Source of the DNA: an uncultured Planctomycetaceae bacterium
GTDB taxonomy: Bacteria > Planctomycetota > Planctomycetia > Pirellulales > PALSA-1355
DNA length: 64,000 bases
Assembly: GCA_963785305.1 (NCBI GenBank)
Contig: CAWAUV010000007.1
Coordinates: 768,001 to 832,000 of the forward strand
Direction of reading: 5' to 3'
The position numbers and the translations under genes are program-made. Within the stretch, counting starts at the first letter, position 1. Each line of letters begins with the position of its first letter. The notes beneath the pieces were generated by a model, which ran no database searches, was not told the DNA's origin, and worked only from the letters and a program-made list of their open reading frames with translations. Below are positions 1-11,010 of this stretch, one piece after another.

Positions 1-204
1 GCCGCCTGGCTCCTGCCCTTGGCGCTGCTGTTCGCGCTTTGCCTCTATCTGGCGCGCAATCTCGGCGCGAGCGAGCCATCTGAATCGCTCGAAGAATTCC
101 TGGTCGCCGAGCTGCTCGCCGAGAAGCCGATGCTCTCGTCTCGGCCGCGGATTGGAATCGACCGGCCGGCGCTCGATTCGCCCGAGATACCTGGCGCCGA
201 GTGA
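1..204 (+). CDS. 3' end of hypothetical (possibly membrane) protein, partial
   Basis: Open frame from the window edge with a hydrophobic stretch (LLPLALLFALCLYL); stop at 204. Confidence 0.35.
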   Translation, partial: AAWLLPLALLFALCLYLARNLGASEPSESLEEFLVAELLAEKPMLSSRPRIGIDRPALDSPEIPGAE

Positions 205-345
205 AACGGCTCGCGGAGGTTTGCGCCGTGAGACTGACGCGTTTCGCGCCCTTAACTTGATCTGTTGCTTCGCGCGTTGCGGAGCGGTTGTTTTTCCAAA
301 CGACCGCCCCGCGCCGGGGCGGTCTCTTTTACGGGAGATCGTTCC

Positions 346-993
346 ATGATCGCGTTTATTCATCCCCGGCCGGTTCAAGGTAAGCCCGCCGCCAGCGCCT
401 CCCCGGCCACTCATGCCGCGTTCCTTGCCATGCTGCCGCGGATCAAGCTCCAGGCGCGGGTCGCTTTCCGAAATCGGACGATTGAAGCCCGCGAGGAGTT
501 GACGCAGGAAGTCATCGCGAACGCCTATAGCGCGTTTGCGCGGTTGGTGGAACGCGGCAAGGTCGACTCGGCTTTCGCCACGCCGCTGGCTCATTATGCG
601 ATCCGGCACGTGCGCGACGGTCGCCGCGTGGGCAACAAGCTCAACCGACGCGATTTGATGTCGCCCGCGAATCGGCGGGTGCGTATCGAGCGACTCGATC
701 GTTACGACTCGGCGTCGTCGGCGTGGAAGGAAGCCATCGTCGCGGACCGTCGCGCCACGCCGGCCGACACGGCCGCCGCCCGGCTCGATCTGGCCGAGTG
801 GTTCCGGTCGCTGCCGACTCGCGATCGCCGCATCGCGAAGGCGCTGGCCGCCGGCGAAACCACGGCGGAAGCGGCCCGACGTTTCGGCGTCTCGCCCGCG
901 AGAATTTCGCAGTTGCGACACGAACTGCGCCGCTCCTGGCGGACGCTGCAAGGCGAGCTGGCGCCATCCGGCCAAGCCCGCCGGGCCGGATGA
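346..993 (+). CDS. Sigma70 region-4/LuxR-like HTH protein of planctomycete mobile elements
   Basis: GGGAG upstream of ATG 346; C-terminal 'LPTRDRRIAKALAAGETTAEAARRFGVSPARISQLR' HTH pattern. Confidence 0.7.
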   Translation: MIAFIHPRPVQGKPAASASPATHAAFLAMLPRIKLQARVAFRNRTIEAREELTQEVIANAYSAFARLVERGKVDSAFATPLAHYAIRHVRDGRRVGNKLNRRDLMSPANRRVRIERLDRYDSASSAWKEAIVADRRATPADTAAARLDLAEWFRSLPTRDRRIAKALAAGETTAEAARRFGVSPARISQLRHELRRSWRTLQGELAPSGQARRAG

Positions 994-1146
994 TTTTTAT
1001 TGTTGTTCCAGAAAATGCCCACGGCGATTGAGATCAGGCGAAGCCCGGTCGCTCAATGACGTCGCCGCCCGCGTCATCACTCCTCGGCGGATGTTAGGCG
1101 CCCGACACTGGGATCGCCCCGTTTGCATTTACCGTTCCCTTGCCGA

Positions 1147-1848
1147 TCACACGACATCGACAAGGGCCGCGCAGGCGTTGCTGACCGGCTGGCGGCCTTC
1201 GTCCGTCCTGGAGTTCGGCACGTGAAATACCCTGAAGAACAATGTCGTGGCGCCCCGCCAAGGGTAGTCCTGGTCGGGACGCTTGATCGGAGCGAAGCTG
1301 AATGAAAAACCCCCTTCCGCTTGAAGCCGACAAGTTGGGTAAAACCAGCATTTCACGCGGGCTTTCCCGTGAATCGCATATTCCATTTCAAGAGCATACG
1401 GAAGGGATACGTTCCCACTGGCGGAATACTGGCAAGAACCGACGACCGGATCGCATCCCTGGAGAGTTGTTCCGCCCGCGAGCCGTACATTGTAAAGGGT
1501 CAGCAACGTCGGGCCGCCAGGATCGGGGAGCTGGCATGGGTTGCCCTCGGTGCAACTCATCCAGGCCGGCTTCACCCCGAAACTTATCGCTTGGCCGCGA
1601 CTGAGCGAAAAGATGAACAATTCGTTCGCGAAGCAATGCACCAGGCGCGCCGTGGGCTGACGCATCAGCTTCGAGCCGATCAGCAAGTAGAAATCGATCT
1701 TCTTGCGAACGGCTGCATCGAAACTCCGCAGGAAGTCCTTTCGGACCACGGGATCCGGGATATGGATCGTCGCCCATTTGTCAGCCAGATCGCGAAGCAT
1801 GCTGCGTGTTCTCGGCCATCTTGAAATGTTCCCTCTAGTTTCTCCCAA
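1147..1848 (-). CDS. Hypothetical protein (antisense cargo)
   Basis: 233-aa ORF with protein-like composition, opposite to flanking genes; no recognisable motif. Confidence 0.5.
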   Translation of the reverse strand: MGETRGNISRWPRTRSMLRDLADKWATIHIPDPVVRKDFLRSFDAAVRKKIDFYLLIGSKLMRQPTARLVHCFANELFIFSLSRGQAISFGVKPAWMSCTEGNPCQLPDPGGPTLLTLYNVRLAGGTTLQGCDPVVGSCQYSASGNVSLPYALEMEYAIHGKARVKCWFYPTCRLQAEGGFSFSFAPIKRPDQDYPWRGATTLFFRVFHVPNSRTDEGRQPVSNACAALVDVV

Positions 1849-1948
1849 GAAAAGTCAAAGTCAAATCGTCGTAGGACCTTGCCGAATCCGCTATCGCGGG
1901 GTCCCTGAAAATATCTTTCCTTCAAGACAAAGCCTGGAGATGGTTCTC

Positions 1949-2980
1949 ATGAGCACATTACTCGATGAATCCCCCACGTCCGAGACGGTCGATCCTTCGG
2001 CCGCTCGCCTGCGCGCCTCGATGGCCGCCGCGCGGGTCGCGTTTACGTGGCTTGGCACGCGCAAGACGCTCACGCCCGCGCAGCGCGCCCAAGCCGCCGA
2101 CGCGTTCGGCGCCGAAGGCCAGTTCCTCTCGGCCGGCAAGAAACTGCTGGATACTTCGCATCCGGAGTTCAAAGCGCTGACAACCATCCGGGGTCGCGTG
2201 CTTAGCTTCTGGAAAGGCATCGCGCTACCCTATCCCGAGCCCGGCATTCGTTTGATTCGCCAAGACGACATCGCGGCGTTCGATGTGCAAATGACTTCGC
2301 TCCAGGCCGAACTGGCCGAAGCGGTCGGGCGGCTTGAGGAGCATTACGCCGAACTGCGATCGGCGGCCCGGGAGCGGCTGGGCAGCTTGTTCAACCCGGC
2401 GGATTACCCCGCGACGCTGGACGGCCTGTTCGCGCTGGCCTGGGATTTTCCATCGGTCGAGCCGCCCGATTACCTGCGGCAACTCAGCCCCGAGCTCTAC
2501 CAGCAGGAATGCCAGCGCGTGCGGGCCCGCTTCGAAGAGGCCGTGCGGTTGGCCGAACACGCCTTCACCGACGAACTGGCCAAGCTGGTCGCGCATCTGA
2601 CCGAGCGCTTGAGCGGCCAGGAAGATGGCAAGCCGAAAGTGTTTCGCAATTCGGCCGTCGAGAATCTGAGCGAGTTTTTCGAGCGGTTCCGGCATTTGAA
2701 CGTGCGGTCCAACGAACAGCTCGACTCGCTGGTGGCCCAGGCCCAACGAACCCTCCGCGGCGTCGAGCCGTGGGAGCTGCGTGAGAGCGCGAGCCTCAGG
2801 CAACACGTGGCCACGCAGCTTGCCGGCGTCGAGGCCGCCCTCGCCGGAATGCTCGTCGATCGCCCACGACGACGCATTTTACGCGGGGCGATAAATCCCG
2901 GGGCCGCGAGCCCCGAGGCCGCGAGCCCCATCGCTACGAATCGCGAGGCTTCCACTTCTGGCGTCGAGAGCGAGGGCTGA
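1949..2980 (+). CDS. DUF3150-like conserved protein of integrative elements
   Basis: Start MSTLLDE after GGAG; 'LSAGKKLLDTSHP...LPYPEPGIRLI...FNPADYP' resembles DUF3150-type proteins (recognition from memory). Confidence 0.65.
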   Translation: MSTLLDESPTSETVDPSAARLRASMAAARVAFTWLGTRKTLTPAQRAQAADAFGAEGQFLSAGKKLLDTSHPEFKALTTIRGRVLSFWKGIALPYPEPGIRLIRQDDIAAFDVQMTSLQAELAEAVGRLEEHYAELRSAARERLGSLFNPADYPATLDGLFALAWDFPSVEPPDYLRQLSPELYQQECQRVRARFEEAVRLAEHAFTDELAKLVAHLTERLSGQEDGKPKVFRNSAVENLSEFFERFRHLNVRSNEQLDSLVAQAQRTLRGVEPWELRESASLRQHVATQLAGVEAALAGMLVDRPRRRILRGAINPGAASPEAASPIATNREASTSGVESEG

Positions 2981-2984
2981 CGCA

Positions 2985-3263
2985 ATGCAATTGATAATTT
3001 CTCCAGCGGGCGAAATTCGCTGCGTCTACGGCGAAGCGATCGACCTCGGGCGACTCGGCGCTCTCGCCATTCGCCGCGCCAGCCATGTCGAGCCCACGAC
3101 CGATGGCCGGTGGCGGGCCGATCTCTCGCCGGTCGCGGGACCGGTTTTGGGCCCCTTCCCGTCCCGCGGCTTGGCGCTTGCCGCCGAAGCCGCTTGGCTC
3201 GAAGCGAACTGGCTCGAAGCTAACGGGCCCGAAGCGAACTGGCCCGCCAAGGGCCGTTCCTGA
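2985..3263 (+). CDS. Conserved small hypothetical protein
   Basis: Coupled to upstream gene; 'RCVYGEAIDL..LG.L.IRRASHVEP' motif familiar from planctomycete elements. Confidence 0.65.
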   Translation: MQLIISPAGEIRCVYGEAIDLGRLGALAIRRASHVEPTTDGRWRADLSPVAGPVLGPFPSRGLALAAEAAWLEANWLEANGPEANWPAKGRS

Positions 3264-3379
3264 AGTCGGAATCGTCGCCTCGACTCTCGAGCGGCGTTTT
3301 TTTGTGATGGTCCTGTTCTTCCTTCCCAGGCCGCGCTCGCGCGCGGCTGTGTTTTATCCAAACAGAAAGGCATTTTCCC

Positions 3380-3574
3380 ATGACCCAAGCCGAACTCGAA
3401 CGTGAACTCTCCAGCGTCACCGGCGAAACACTAGGCACGATCCGCAGTCGCGGTTTCCAACTCGTCGAGCCGCCCGAACTGGAGCCGCTCATGATCGACT
3501 GGGACACGATCTATCCGGTCGAACTTCCCCGCCGAGTCCAGCGGGCGCCGAAACGGCTGAAAGCCGCCGCCTGA
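3380..3574 (+). CDS. Small hypothetical protein
   Basis: GAAAGG RBS before ATG; 64 aa. Confidence 0.55.
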   Translation: MTQAELERELSSVTGETLGTIRSRGFQLVEPPELEPLMIDWDTIYPVELPRRVQRAPKRLKAAA

Positions 3575-3671
3575 CACCGCCGTCTGACACCGCGCCGCGA
3601 CACCGCGCGGGGTTCAGCATCGAACCTTCGCTTTGAATTCGATCTTCATTCCATACCCGAGAAAGCATTCC

Positions 3672-3893
3672 ATGAAAATCTTGTTCATCAACAACGACGG
3701 CGGCGGATTCGCCGGTGAAATCGAAGTCGCCGATGGCCAGACCATCGAGCAATTCTTCCAGACGCGCCTGCCCGGCGCCGAAGCGTCCGACTACCTGATC
3801 CGCGTCAATCGGCTCCCCGTGACCGCCCACCAAGTTCTGCGCCCGGGCGACCGCGTGTCGATCACGCCCACCAAGATCGAAGGGGCTCGCTAG
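3672..3893 (+). CDS. Ubiquitin-like (MoaD/ThiS beta-grasp) protein
   Basis: 73 aa; 'LIRVNR...VLRPGDRVSITPTKIEGAR' matches the ThiS/MoaD C-terminal pattern with a near-terminal Gly. Confidence 0.75.
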   Translation: MKILFINNDGGGFAGEIEVADGQTIEQFFQTRLPGAEASDYLIRVNRLPVTAHQVLRPGDRVSITPTKIEGAR

Positions 3894-3909
3894 TTTTGTT
3901 TCATCCGCT

Positions 3910-3948
3910 CTCGTGGAGCGCGACGAGCGGTTCGCCGCGCTCCACGAG
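3910..3948 (+). terminator. Stem-loop after the ubiquitin-like gene
   Basis: CTCGTGGAGCGCG...CGCGCTCCACGAG 13-bp perfect inverted repeat. Confidence 0.5.
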
Positions 3949-4172
3949 GGCTTTCATTCAGGGCGAACACCACCATGAATCGACCCGCCTCATCCGAATG
4001 AAGTGGTCAATTGGACTCGCCTATCCATCAGCACGGGAAAAGCAGTTCGGTTTCCCCTAAATTACCGCAAGTTGCGGACGCAAAATAACTCTTTTGCGCG
4101 GCCAACTTCTTGCATATGGGATCGTAGCAAGTCGGCGTTGTTCGTTGCTGAAAATAGACAACGAAGCTCGTT

Positions 4173-6431
4173 CTACGCCGCCAACGACTCCGATGCGTCC
4201 AACAATTGATCCATTTCCATCATGGCATGCTGAATCTGCTCGATTAAGCCGCGGAACCGGCGAGCGTTCTCTTCCAGGCTCTTACGTTTGCCCGCGTATT
4301 CGTTTCCGACTTCCGCCCTCACCGCGGATTCAAGCACCGGCCGATACTTCGTCTGCATGATCTCGCTGATTTTCCGCTCGATCTCTTGAATGTTGTTGAT
4401 GACGACCGGAAAAATGTCCTGCGTAATCTGCTCGTGAAACTGCCGGATCTTATCGATGTAGTTCTCGGTCAAGGTCGTACGTATCTGCCGAGTCTTGCCG
4501 GCGAAGTCGCATTCCCGAATCGCTTGTCCCGGATTCTTTAGGCTGTCAAAGCCCATTCGGGCGGCGGACTCCAAGCCCTGGAGTATCTCGTTACCGCCCA
4601 TAACGTACCATGTTTTGGGCTTGAATAGCAGCAACTCATCGAGCTGCGCCGCCAAGCTCATCACAAAACCGTCGACACGCAAGACCAGAGATTCACGCCC
4701 CTGAAGCAATACGTCTTCAAAAGGAGCCAATGCCTCCGCGTTGTAGGCCACGTCTTCGCGAACTTTGACCAGGGCTGTTCGAACGTTCTCGGTTAACTCG
4801 TCTACCACCACTTCGACTTGCTCGCGCACAATCTGGCGGAAGTTGCGTTTGAACATCGTGTTCAGGTTATCGACGATCCGCATCTCGATCTCGAAGTGGT
4901 AGGGATACTTGCGCAGTTCGCGCTCGGCAATGATCTCCTGGTAAATCTGGTAGGCGTCGGTCTCGGGACCGTTGTCGATCTTCCCGCGCAATCGCTTAAC
5001 GAGCTCTTCGTTCTTCTCGCGAAGAATTCCGGTGCGCTTGACGGCCACGTCATTACGCAAATTCTGCAACTGCCGCTTGATCTCCGCCATGCGATCATTA
5101 AACCGATGGTCAAGACGCGTTTCGCGTACTTGCTTCTCTTCGAACGTGAGCGGGCCGCTAATGGCCGCGTCGTCCGCGAGTTTCGTCTGAGTCAGATAAT
5201 GAGCCAGTGGCTCGCAAAAATTAGACCGAGCGCTGTCTATGGCGGAACGAAGCGTCGTTTCACGCAGCCGTGCGTTGAGAAAACCGAGAACCTGCTTCTG
5301 CAGAAACGGAATTTGGCTGTCGCGGAACGCGGTATGGTGGCTTCCTCCGTAGTGCGTTTCGAGCTTCCCCTGATATTCTTTCAAGTGGGATTGTAGCGCC
5401 AGGTCCGCCGGAGAACCGCCTTCGATGGACATCTGAGACAATAGTCCGTGCAGCGCATTGGTGCGAAACGACTGGCAATCGTCTGGCACCGCGAGATCAC
5501 GCATTTTTTCCTCGAATTCACGAATGGTTTGCTGTTGTTGCGGAACGCTCAACGAGTCCCATCGATTCAAAACCCAAAAAGTCTTTTCGGCGATTCGGTT
5601 CTCGCCCGCGCGAAACAACTCCATGATCTCGACGTCATCTTTGTTGAACGGCTGCGGGGCCATAAGGACAAACACGACGGCGTGCGCCTCCTCCCGCACG
5701 AACCGGAATGTGATGGCGCGATGCCGTGGATTCGGGACGCTGACACCCGGCAGGTCTACGAGCACGACATCTGGAGGTATTTCCAGGTCTCGAACGCGCA
5801 GCACAACGCGGTCCATAAACATGGCTTCGGTTTCATCACGAATCTTTTCTTGGGCTTCGGCTAGGCCGACCATCACCATATGGTGCCTTGCGGCCACGGA
5901 GCGCTGGTGACGCGTTTTGTCGAACAATCTGAATTGCTGGACCAGTGCTCGGCCACGGCCTTCCCGAACCAATGGCTCGACCTGTTCCAACAGCTGGGCT
6001 GATGGCAATGTAGCCAGCGATGATTGGCCAAAAAGCTTTGCGATCTCGGTACGATAGAGTTGATCGAGTTCTTCGACTTCGGCTATGTTCAGATAGTGGA
6101 GTTCGGCGCCCTCGACGCCGTCAGCCAAACGGACATAGGTCGGCACGGCCGTGGTTACTTTGGCCGACTCGGGCAGGAGATATCGGCCCAAGAATGCGTT
6201 GACGAGCGACGACTTTCCGGCGTTGAAACCGCCCACGAAAGCAATCGTCAAATCCGCGTTCCGCAGCCGAGCACCGTCGCGGTCCAGCAGCAACATCTTC
6301 TGTCGCACGTCCAGCGGCAAGTTTTTTACGAAGTCAGGGTCGCGGGCCGTCAACTCATCGCGAACGGTGCGCAGGCGATCGATTTGCTCAAGTAATTTTT
6401 GGCGGCCCGCTTGGTATTCAGTCGAATTCAT
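4173..6431 (-). CDS. Bacterial dynamin-like GTPase
   Basis: G1 GGFNAGKS, G2 'VTTAVPT', G3 DLPG, G4 NRWD, then a long helical C-terminus; 752 aa. Confidence 0.85.
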   Translation of the reverse strand: MNSTEYQAGRQKLLEQIDRLRTVRDELTARDPDFVKNLPLDVRQKMLLLDRDGARLRNADLTIAFVGGFNAGKSSLVNAFLGRYLLPESAKVTTAVPTYVRLADGVEGAELHYLNIAEVEELDQLYRTEIAKLFGQSSLATLPSAQLLEQVEPLVREGRGRALVQQFRLFDKTRHQRSVAARHHMVMVGLAEAQEKIRDETEAMFMDRVVLRVRDLEIPPDVVLVDLPGVSVPNPRHRAITFRFVREEAHAVVFVLMAPQPFNKDDVEIMELFRAGENRIAEKTFWVLNRWDSLSVPQQQQTIREFEEKMRDLAVPDDCQSFRTNALHGLLSQMSIEGGSPADLALQSHLKEYQGKLETHYGGSHHTAFRDSQIPFLQKQVLGFLNARLRETTLRSAIDSARSNFCEPLAHYLTQTKLADDAAISGPLTFEEKQVRETRLDHRFNDRMAEIKRQLQNLRNDVAVKRTGILREKNEELVKRLRGKIDNGPETDAYQIYQEIIAERELRKYPYHFEIEMRIVDNLNTMFKRNFRQIVREQVEVVVDELTENVRTALVKVREDVAYNAEALAPFEDVLLQGRESLVLRVDGFVMSLAAQLDELLLFKPKTWYVMGGNEILQGLESAARMGFDSLKNPGQAIRECDFAGKTRQIRTTLTENYIDKIRQFHEQITQDIFPVVINNIQEIERKISEIMQTKYRPVLESAVRAEVGNEYAGKRKSLEENARRFRGLIEQIQHAMMEMDQLLDASESLAA

Positions 6432-6901
6432 GCGTGCTTTCTCCGAGGCTTAAATATTATTCGGGATTTGAGGACGGCGCTACGGAAACCAGCCGTGAGC
6501 GCGCCGTCCGCTGTCAGTAGCGTGCAAATCGCTCTAATGCCAACGCGAGAAGAAGCGCCGACCCATGAGAATTGCTTCGTGACAGCCATGCGGATTCCCA
6601 CACCTCGATCAGCGATCGGGAGGTGTGGCCAGCGATAGATCGTTCCGAACACGGTGGGACGAACACAACGCTTGCGACGCCCGATTGATTTGTCGCTGGT
6701 GGCGTTTTGGTTTGGTTGTTTGACAATCCAGCCATGATATACCGTCATTTTGATGCTTCGGCGACGAATCGCCCGTGAAATGTTCAGTATCTTCAAGGGT
6801 TGCAGCGATTGAACCAGCGCGAATAATGTGTCGCGGTGCGTTCGTGCCTGCAAGAAGAGCCTCTGCTCTTTGAAAACGTCGATTGCGCCGCCGATCCATT
6901 G

Positions 6902-7480
6902 CTATTCGAGCCCGGAGTCTGCATTTAGAGCCTGATTCACCTTTGCTCGCGCGGCGTGATACCGTTCGGACCGATCGATGAGGGCGAGCAGCTTTTGGGC
7001 CGCGAACTGCCGTCGGCGATAAACGGTCTCATAAATCTGGTCCATTGCGACGTCGACAGCGATCAAGGTAACCACGACGACTCCGACCATTAATTTGCTG
7101 ACTGGTTCCGGCGAGAAAGTCGAATACGCGGCCAGATACAATTGGCAACCGCGCAAGCCTGTTTTCGTCGCGAGATAATCGCCGCCGACTTCGTTCCGCA
7201 AATACCGTTCGACATCGCGGTATTCCCAATAGCTTGCTCCCGCCACGTCCAGGATCGCAAATGACTTTCCGATTGCCGGGGCGGAACCTTGGGTCGCCAC
7301 CGGAATTGCCGCCTTGCCGCCGTGTAACGCCGCCGCCGCGGTTTTCCAACTCTCCCAAGCAGCACGCCTCGCTTGCCTGTCTACGTATTTCAGGGAAGGA
7401 AGCGACTTGCCAAGCCATTGTCGTGGTATCGTGCCATCGTCCAAAGCGGATCGTACCCGCTGCCACTTCTCCGCGAGCAC
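6902..7480 (-). CDS. Hypothetical protein with one hydrophobic segment, possibly 5'-truncated
   Basis: 192-aa ORF; frame stays open upstream without a clear start; 'LMVGVVVVTLIAVDVAM' hydrophobic. Confidence 0.45.
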   Translation of the reverse strand: MLAEKWQRVRSALDDGTIPRQWLGKSLPSLKYVDRQARRAAWESWKTAAAALHGGKAAIPVATQGSAPAIGKSFAILDVAGASYWEYRDVERYLRNEVGGDYLATKTGLRGCQLYLAAYSTFSPEPVSKLMVGVVVVTLIAVDVAMDQIYETVYRRRQFAAQKLLALIDRSERYHAARAKVNQALNADSGLE

Positions 7481-7781
7481 GAGCCCACGCCGCGCTGCCT
7501 TGGCTTCCTGCGATTCCAGTTGGGACTCGACAACCTTTATCGCCTCGCGATTGAATATCTCGGCCCCCCAGTGGAGGCCGACACCCCATAGTAGCGGCGA
7601 ATCGCGAGGCCAGCAATCAGGCGGCTCGCGAAATCGCTTGGCGCGCCGATGCCCCGGTAGACGCCCGGCTACGCCGAATTTCTCCCCCTACCGCCCGTCA
7701 AAACTCCCAGCAACACCCCGCCGTGGCGGCCGAGGGTCTTTCTCGGCTTGCCGCGGCTTTTTCGTTTTCAAGGAGCATTGC

Positions 7782-9305
7782 ATGATCGCCATTCCAAAAT
7801 CCGTTCTCAAATCGTTTCGCGCCATGGCCAAGCGACTGTTCGGCCGGGCTCGCCATGAAAGCGTCTGGCTCTCGGTCGTCGCCGCGCCGGAGGTGCTTGT
7901 TCTCCGCGCGGCCCGAGGCGACGCGGCGCTCGAACACCGCCTGCGGGGCCGGTTCGAGCCGGCGGAGTTTCATGTGCTTCTGGAGCAGCTCGCCGCGTGC
8001 GAGGCCAAGTCGCCGGAGCTGGTGAGCTTCGCGCCCGGCGCCGAGAGCGTCACGTTTCAGTGGCGGCATCGCGGCATTCCCCAGCAGGCGTTTTGTCGGC
8101 GGCCTGCCAAGGAACTGCCGAGCCATCCCGCACGGCCCGTCGAAGTTTGGAGCACCGACGCCGGCCTGCTGGCGCGCTCGGCGATGCCACCGACACGACC
8201 GATCCGCATGCCGGCCGTTATGCCTTGAGTTGTCTCGCGCTTCGCGGCGGGTCGGGCAGCATCGCGGCCTCCGATGGCCGGCAACTGCTCGTGCGGCGAG
8301 ACTGCGAGTTTCCCTGGACGGGAGACTTGCTGATCCCGGGCAGTCCGGTGTTTCGCGCCGGAGTTCAGCGACGATGGACCGATCGCGATCGGGGCCACCG
8401 ACCAGCATGTGACGGTCGGCGGCGATACATGGACCGTCTGGCTGCCGATCAACAAAGAAGGCCGTTTCCCCCAGGTCGACAGCATCGTCCGGCCCCAGGC
8501 CACGGCGCTCAGCCGCTGGACGCTGGCCAAGTCCGACGCCGAATTCTTGTTGCCGCGGCTCGACGATCTGCCGGGCCGAAACGCTCCGGATCGGCCGATC
8601 ACGCTGGGCCTGAATGGCCACGTCGCGCTTCGGGCCAGCGGCGACGAGCAGCCCCGGCCGCTGGAACTGACGCGTACGAACAGTTCCACCAGCGGCGATC
8701 CGGCCTCGGTCCACATGAACCGCAGCTATCTAGCGCGGGCACTGCGGCTGGGCTTCGACCAGTTCGCGTGCTTCGGCCCAGGCGCCGCGATTCAGTGCCA
8801 CGATGATCGCCGCACCTATCTTTGGATGGGGCTCGAAGCGGAGAAAACGGCGGGCGAGGCGATCGATCCCGTGCGCATCGAGTCGCCCGCCGCGAGCGCC
8901 GGGGTTTCAGTTCACCGTCCTCGAGCCCGGGAGAAAACCATGCCTCGGAATACAAACGCCCCGACTGAGTCTTCAATGGCCGGTGCGCCGGCCACGCGAA
9001 GCGCGATCGCGGAAGGCTCAATCACACGAAGCCCAATCGCGCAAAGCTCAATCCCGGAAAGCACGAACATGCAAAACACGATGACAGACGATCCGGCGGC
9101 CAGCCGAAAGTCTCGCCAGCGTTCGGCGCCGGCCGCCACGGCCAAGACGCCTTTCGTGCAGGCGATCGCGCTCCGCGACACGTTGCACGCGGCCGCAAAA
9201 CTCGCCAATGAACTGGCCCGCGAGTTCAAGCACCAGAATCGCCAAAACAAGGTCTTCAAGAACACGCTGGAGTCGCTCAAGTCGCTACAGAAGATGGCGA
9301 GCTAA
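7782..9305 (+). CDS. Divergent DNA polymerase III beta (sliding clamp)-like protein, split by two frameshifts
   Basis: AAGGAG RBS and ATG 7782; clamp-like motifs 'GRYALSCL', 'ASDGRQL', 'EGRFPQV', 'MNRSYLARAL' spread over three overlapping frames (breaks near 8170 and 8355). Confidence 0.6.
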
Positions 9306-9397
9306 CCGCCTGTCGAAATAACGATGCAAGTCGTTGTTGCGAGCCGCGGCGGCGCGAGCCGTGCGACCAGCGGATTCGAACTTGGAAAGGAATATCA

Positions 9398-9913
9398 ATG
9401 CTCAAACTCAACATCGGCTTCAACCGCAAGTCGGGCGAAGCGAACTACGGAAGCCGCGGGGCCTCGGTGAACCTCGAACTCGAATGCGACGCGGGCCTCG
9501 CTTCCGAACCGGACCGGCTGCGCGAACGCATTCGATTCTTGTTCGGACTGGCCAAAGCATCCGTCGAAGAAGAATTGAACGGCCCATACGCGAGCGGCCA
9601 AAACACGAGCAACCACGCCGCCAATGGCCACGCGGCGGCGGCTTCGTCGAACGGCAGCGGCCATGGCAATGGTCATGGCAGTGGTCATAGCAACGGTCAT
9701 GTCAACGGCCAGCGCCGCGACGGCACGAGGCGGGCCACGGCGAGCCAAGTGCGCGCCTTGTTCGCCATCGCCGATCGGCAAGGCATCGAACTTGGCGATC
9801 TCCTGCGATCCCGTTACGGCGTCGCCCAAGCCGACGAGCTCGCCATCACCGAAGCCAGCGCGCTGATCGACGATCTCAAGGGACAGTCCCAGCAGCCCGG
9901 AGGTCGGCGATGA
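9398..9913 (+). CDS. Conserved hypothetical protein of planctomycete elements
   Basis: GAAAGGA RBS; 'NYGSRGASVNLE' N-terminus, NGH-rich linker, 'RATASQVRAL...EASALIDDLK' C-terminus. Confidence 0.7.
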   Translation: MLKLNIGFNRKSGEANYGSRGASVNLELECDAGLASEPDRLRERIRFLFGLAKASVEEELNGPYASGQNTSNHAANGHAAAASSNGSGHGNGHGSGHSNGHVNGQRRDGTRRATASQVRALFAIADRQGIELGDLLRSRYGVAQADELAITEASALIDDLKGQSQQPGGRR

Positions 9914-10968
9914 TCACCGTCGACCGTGGCACGCCCAGCCGAGCCCTACCTAGCAGTACTCTGCCAAACCAAGCTACGCCCAACCTGATCGCCGAAAATC
10001 TGACTTCGACTTTCGCGGTTTTCAAAAGTTCCGATAGCCCGATTCGTCGTGGTTTCTCCGATTTCGGCGCGTTTCCGGCAACCTTCGGCCTCTCGGTAAC
10101 ATGCAAAAATTGGCAGTTCGGCCGTCAAACTGTGCAAAACCCACGAGAAATCGGCGATTCGAGTGCTAGCAAAAAACGCGAAACTTGAACTGACCGGCCG
10201 GAACTATATCAGTTATTCGGCGATCGGCACGTATCAGGCATGCCCGCTCCGTTATTTCTTTCGTTATGTGGCCGGGCTGCCCGAGCCGACCGTTTCCAGT
10301 GGCCTGATTTTCGGCGGCGCAATGCACAAAGCCATCGAACTGCACTTCAATCGATTGATGGCCGGCGAGCCGCCGCCGGACATCGACCTGCTGCTGGCCG
10401 AGTATCAGGATGCTTGGAATCAGCGCGCCGACGGCGAGATTCTCTTCGGCAAGGACGAAACTCGCGACACGCTCGGCCGGCTCGCCGAACGCATGCTGCG
10501 GGCTTTTCGGACCAGCGAACTGGCTCGGCCCGCGGGCACGGTCATCGGCGTCGAGGAAGAACTTCGGGGCGCGATCGTGCCCGGCTGTCCCGACCTGCTG
10601 GCCCGCGTCGACTTGCTCATCGACACGCCGGCCGAACTCGTCGTCACGGATCTCAAGACCTCGCGCGGCCGCTGGAGCCAGGGCCAAGCCGACGCCGCCG
10701 CCGAGCAACTGCTGCTCTACAGCGAACTCGTGGGCCGCCTCATGCCCGGCAAGCCGACTCGGCTGGAATTCGCGGTGATCTCGAAGACCAAGCAGCCGAC
10801 GGTCGATCGCCTGGCGGTAGCCTGCGCCCGGCGCGCGTCGAACGAACCAAGACGGTCGCCGATCGCGTCTGGCGGAGCATCGCCGCCGGCCATTTTTATC
10901 CCAGCCCCTCGCCCCTGAATTGTTCGGCCTGCGCCTTTCGCGAGCCATGCCGTGACTGGCGGGGATGA
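9910..10968 (+). pseudogene. PD-(D/E)XK (RecB/Cas4-like) nuclease disrupted by a MITE
   Basis: 'SYSAIGTYQACP', 'ARVDLL', 'DLKT', 'QLLLY', terminal 'CSACAFREPC'; removing the insertion restores 'IAENLTGRNYISYS'; further frameshift near 10820. Confidence 0.85.
10005..10189 (+). mobile_element. 185-bp MITE copy 1
   Basis: Imperfect terminal inverted repeats TTCGACTTTCGCG/TTCAAGTTTCGCG; 5-bp target duplication CTGAC (10000-10004, 10190-10194); inverted copy at 16500-16684. Confidence 0.92.
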
Positions 10969-11010
10969 ACGCGACGAACCGACAGTCTGTAAACCGTGAC
11001 CGCAATCTAC

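Noticed and set aside
6428..6899. ORFs between the dynamin gene and its upstream neighbour
   Set aside because: Short overlapping frames with no motif; no real gene can be chosen.
9910..10968. Treating the PD-(D/E)XK nuclease as a CRISPR cas4
   Set aside because: It lies in the mobile-element module far from the cas genes, and the locus already has Cas4 fused to Cas1.
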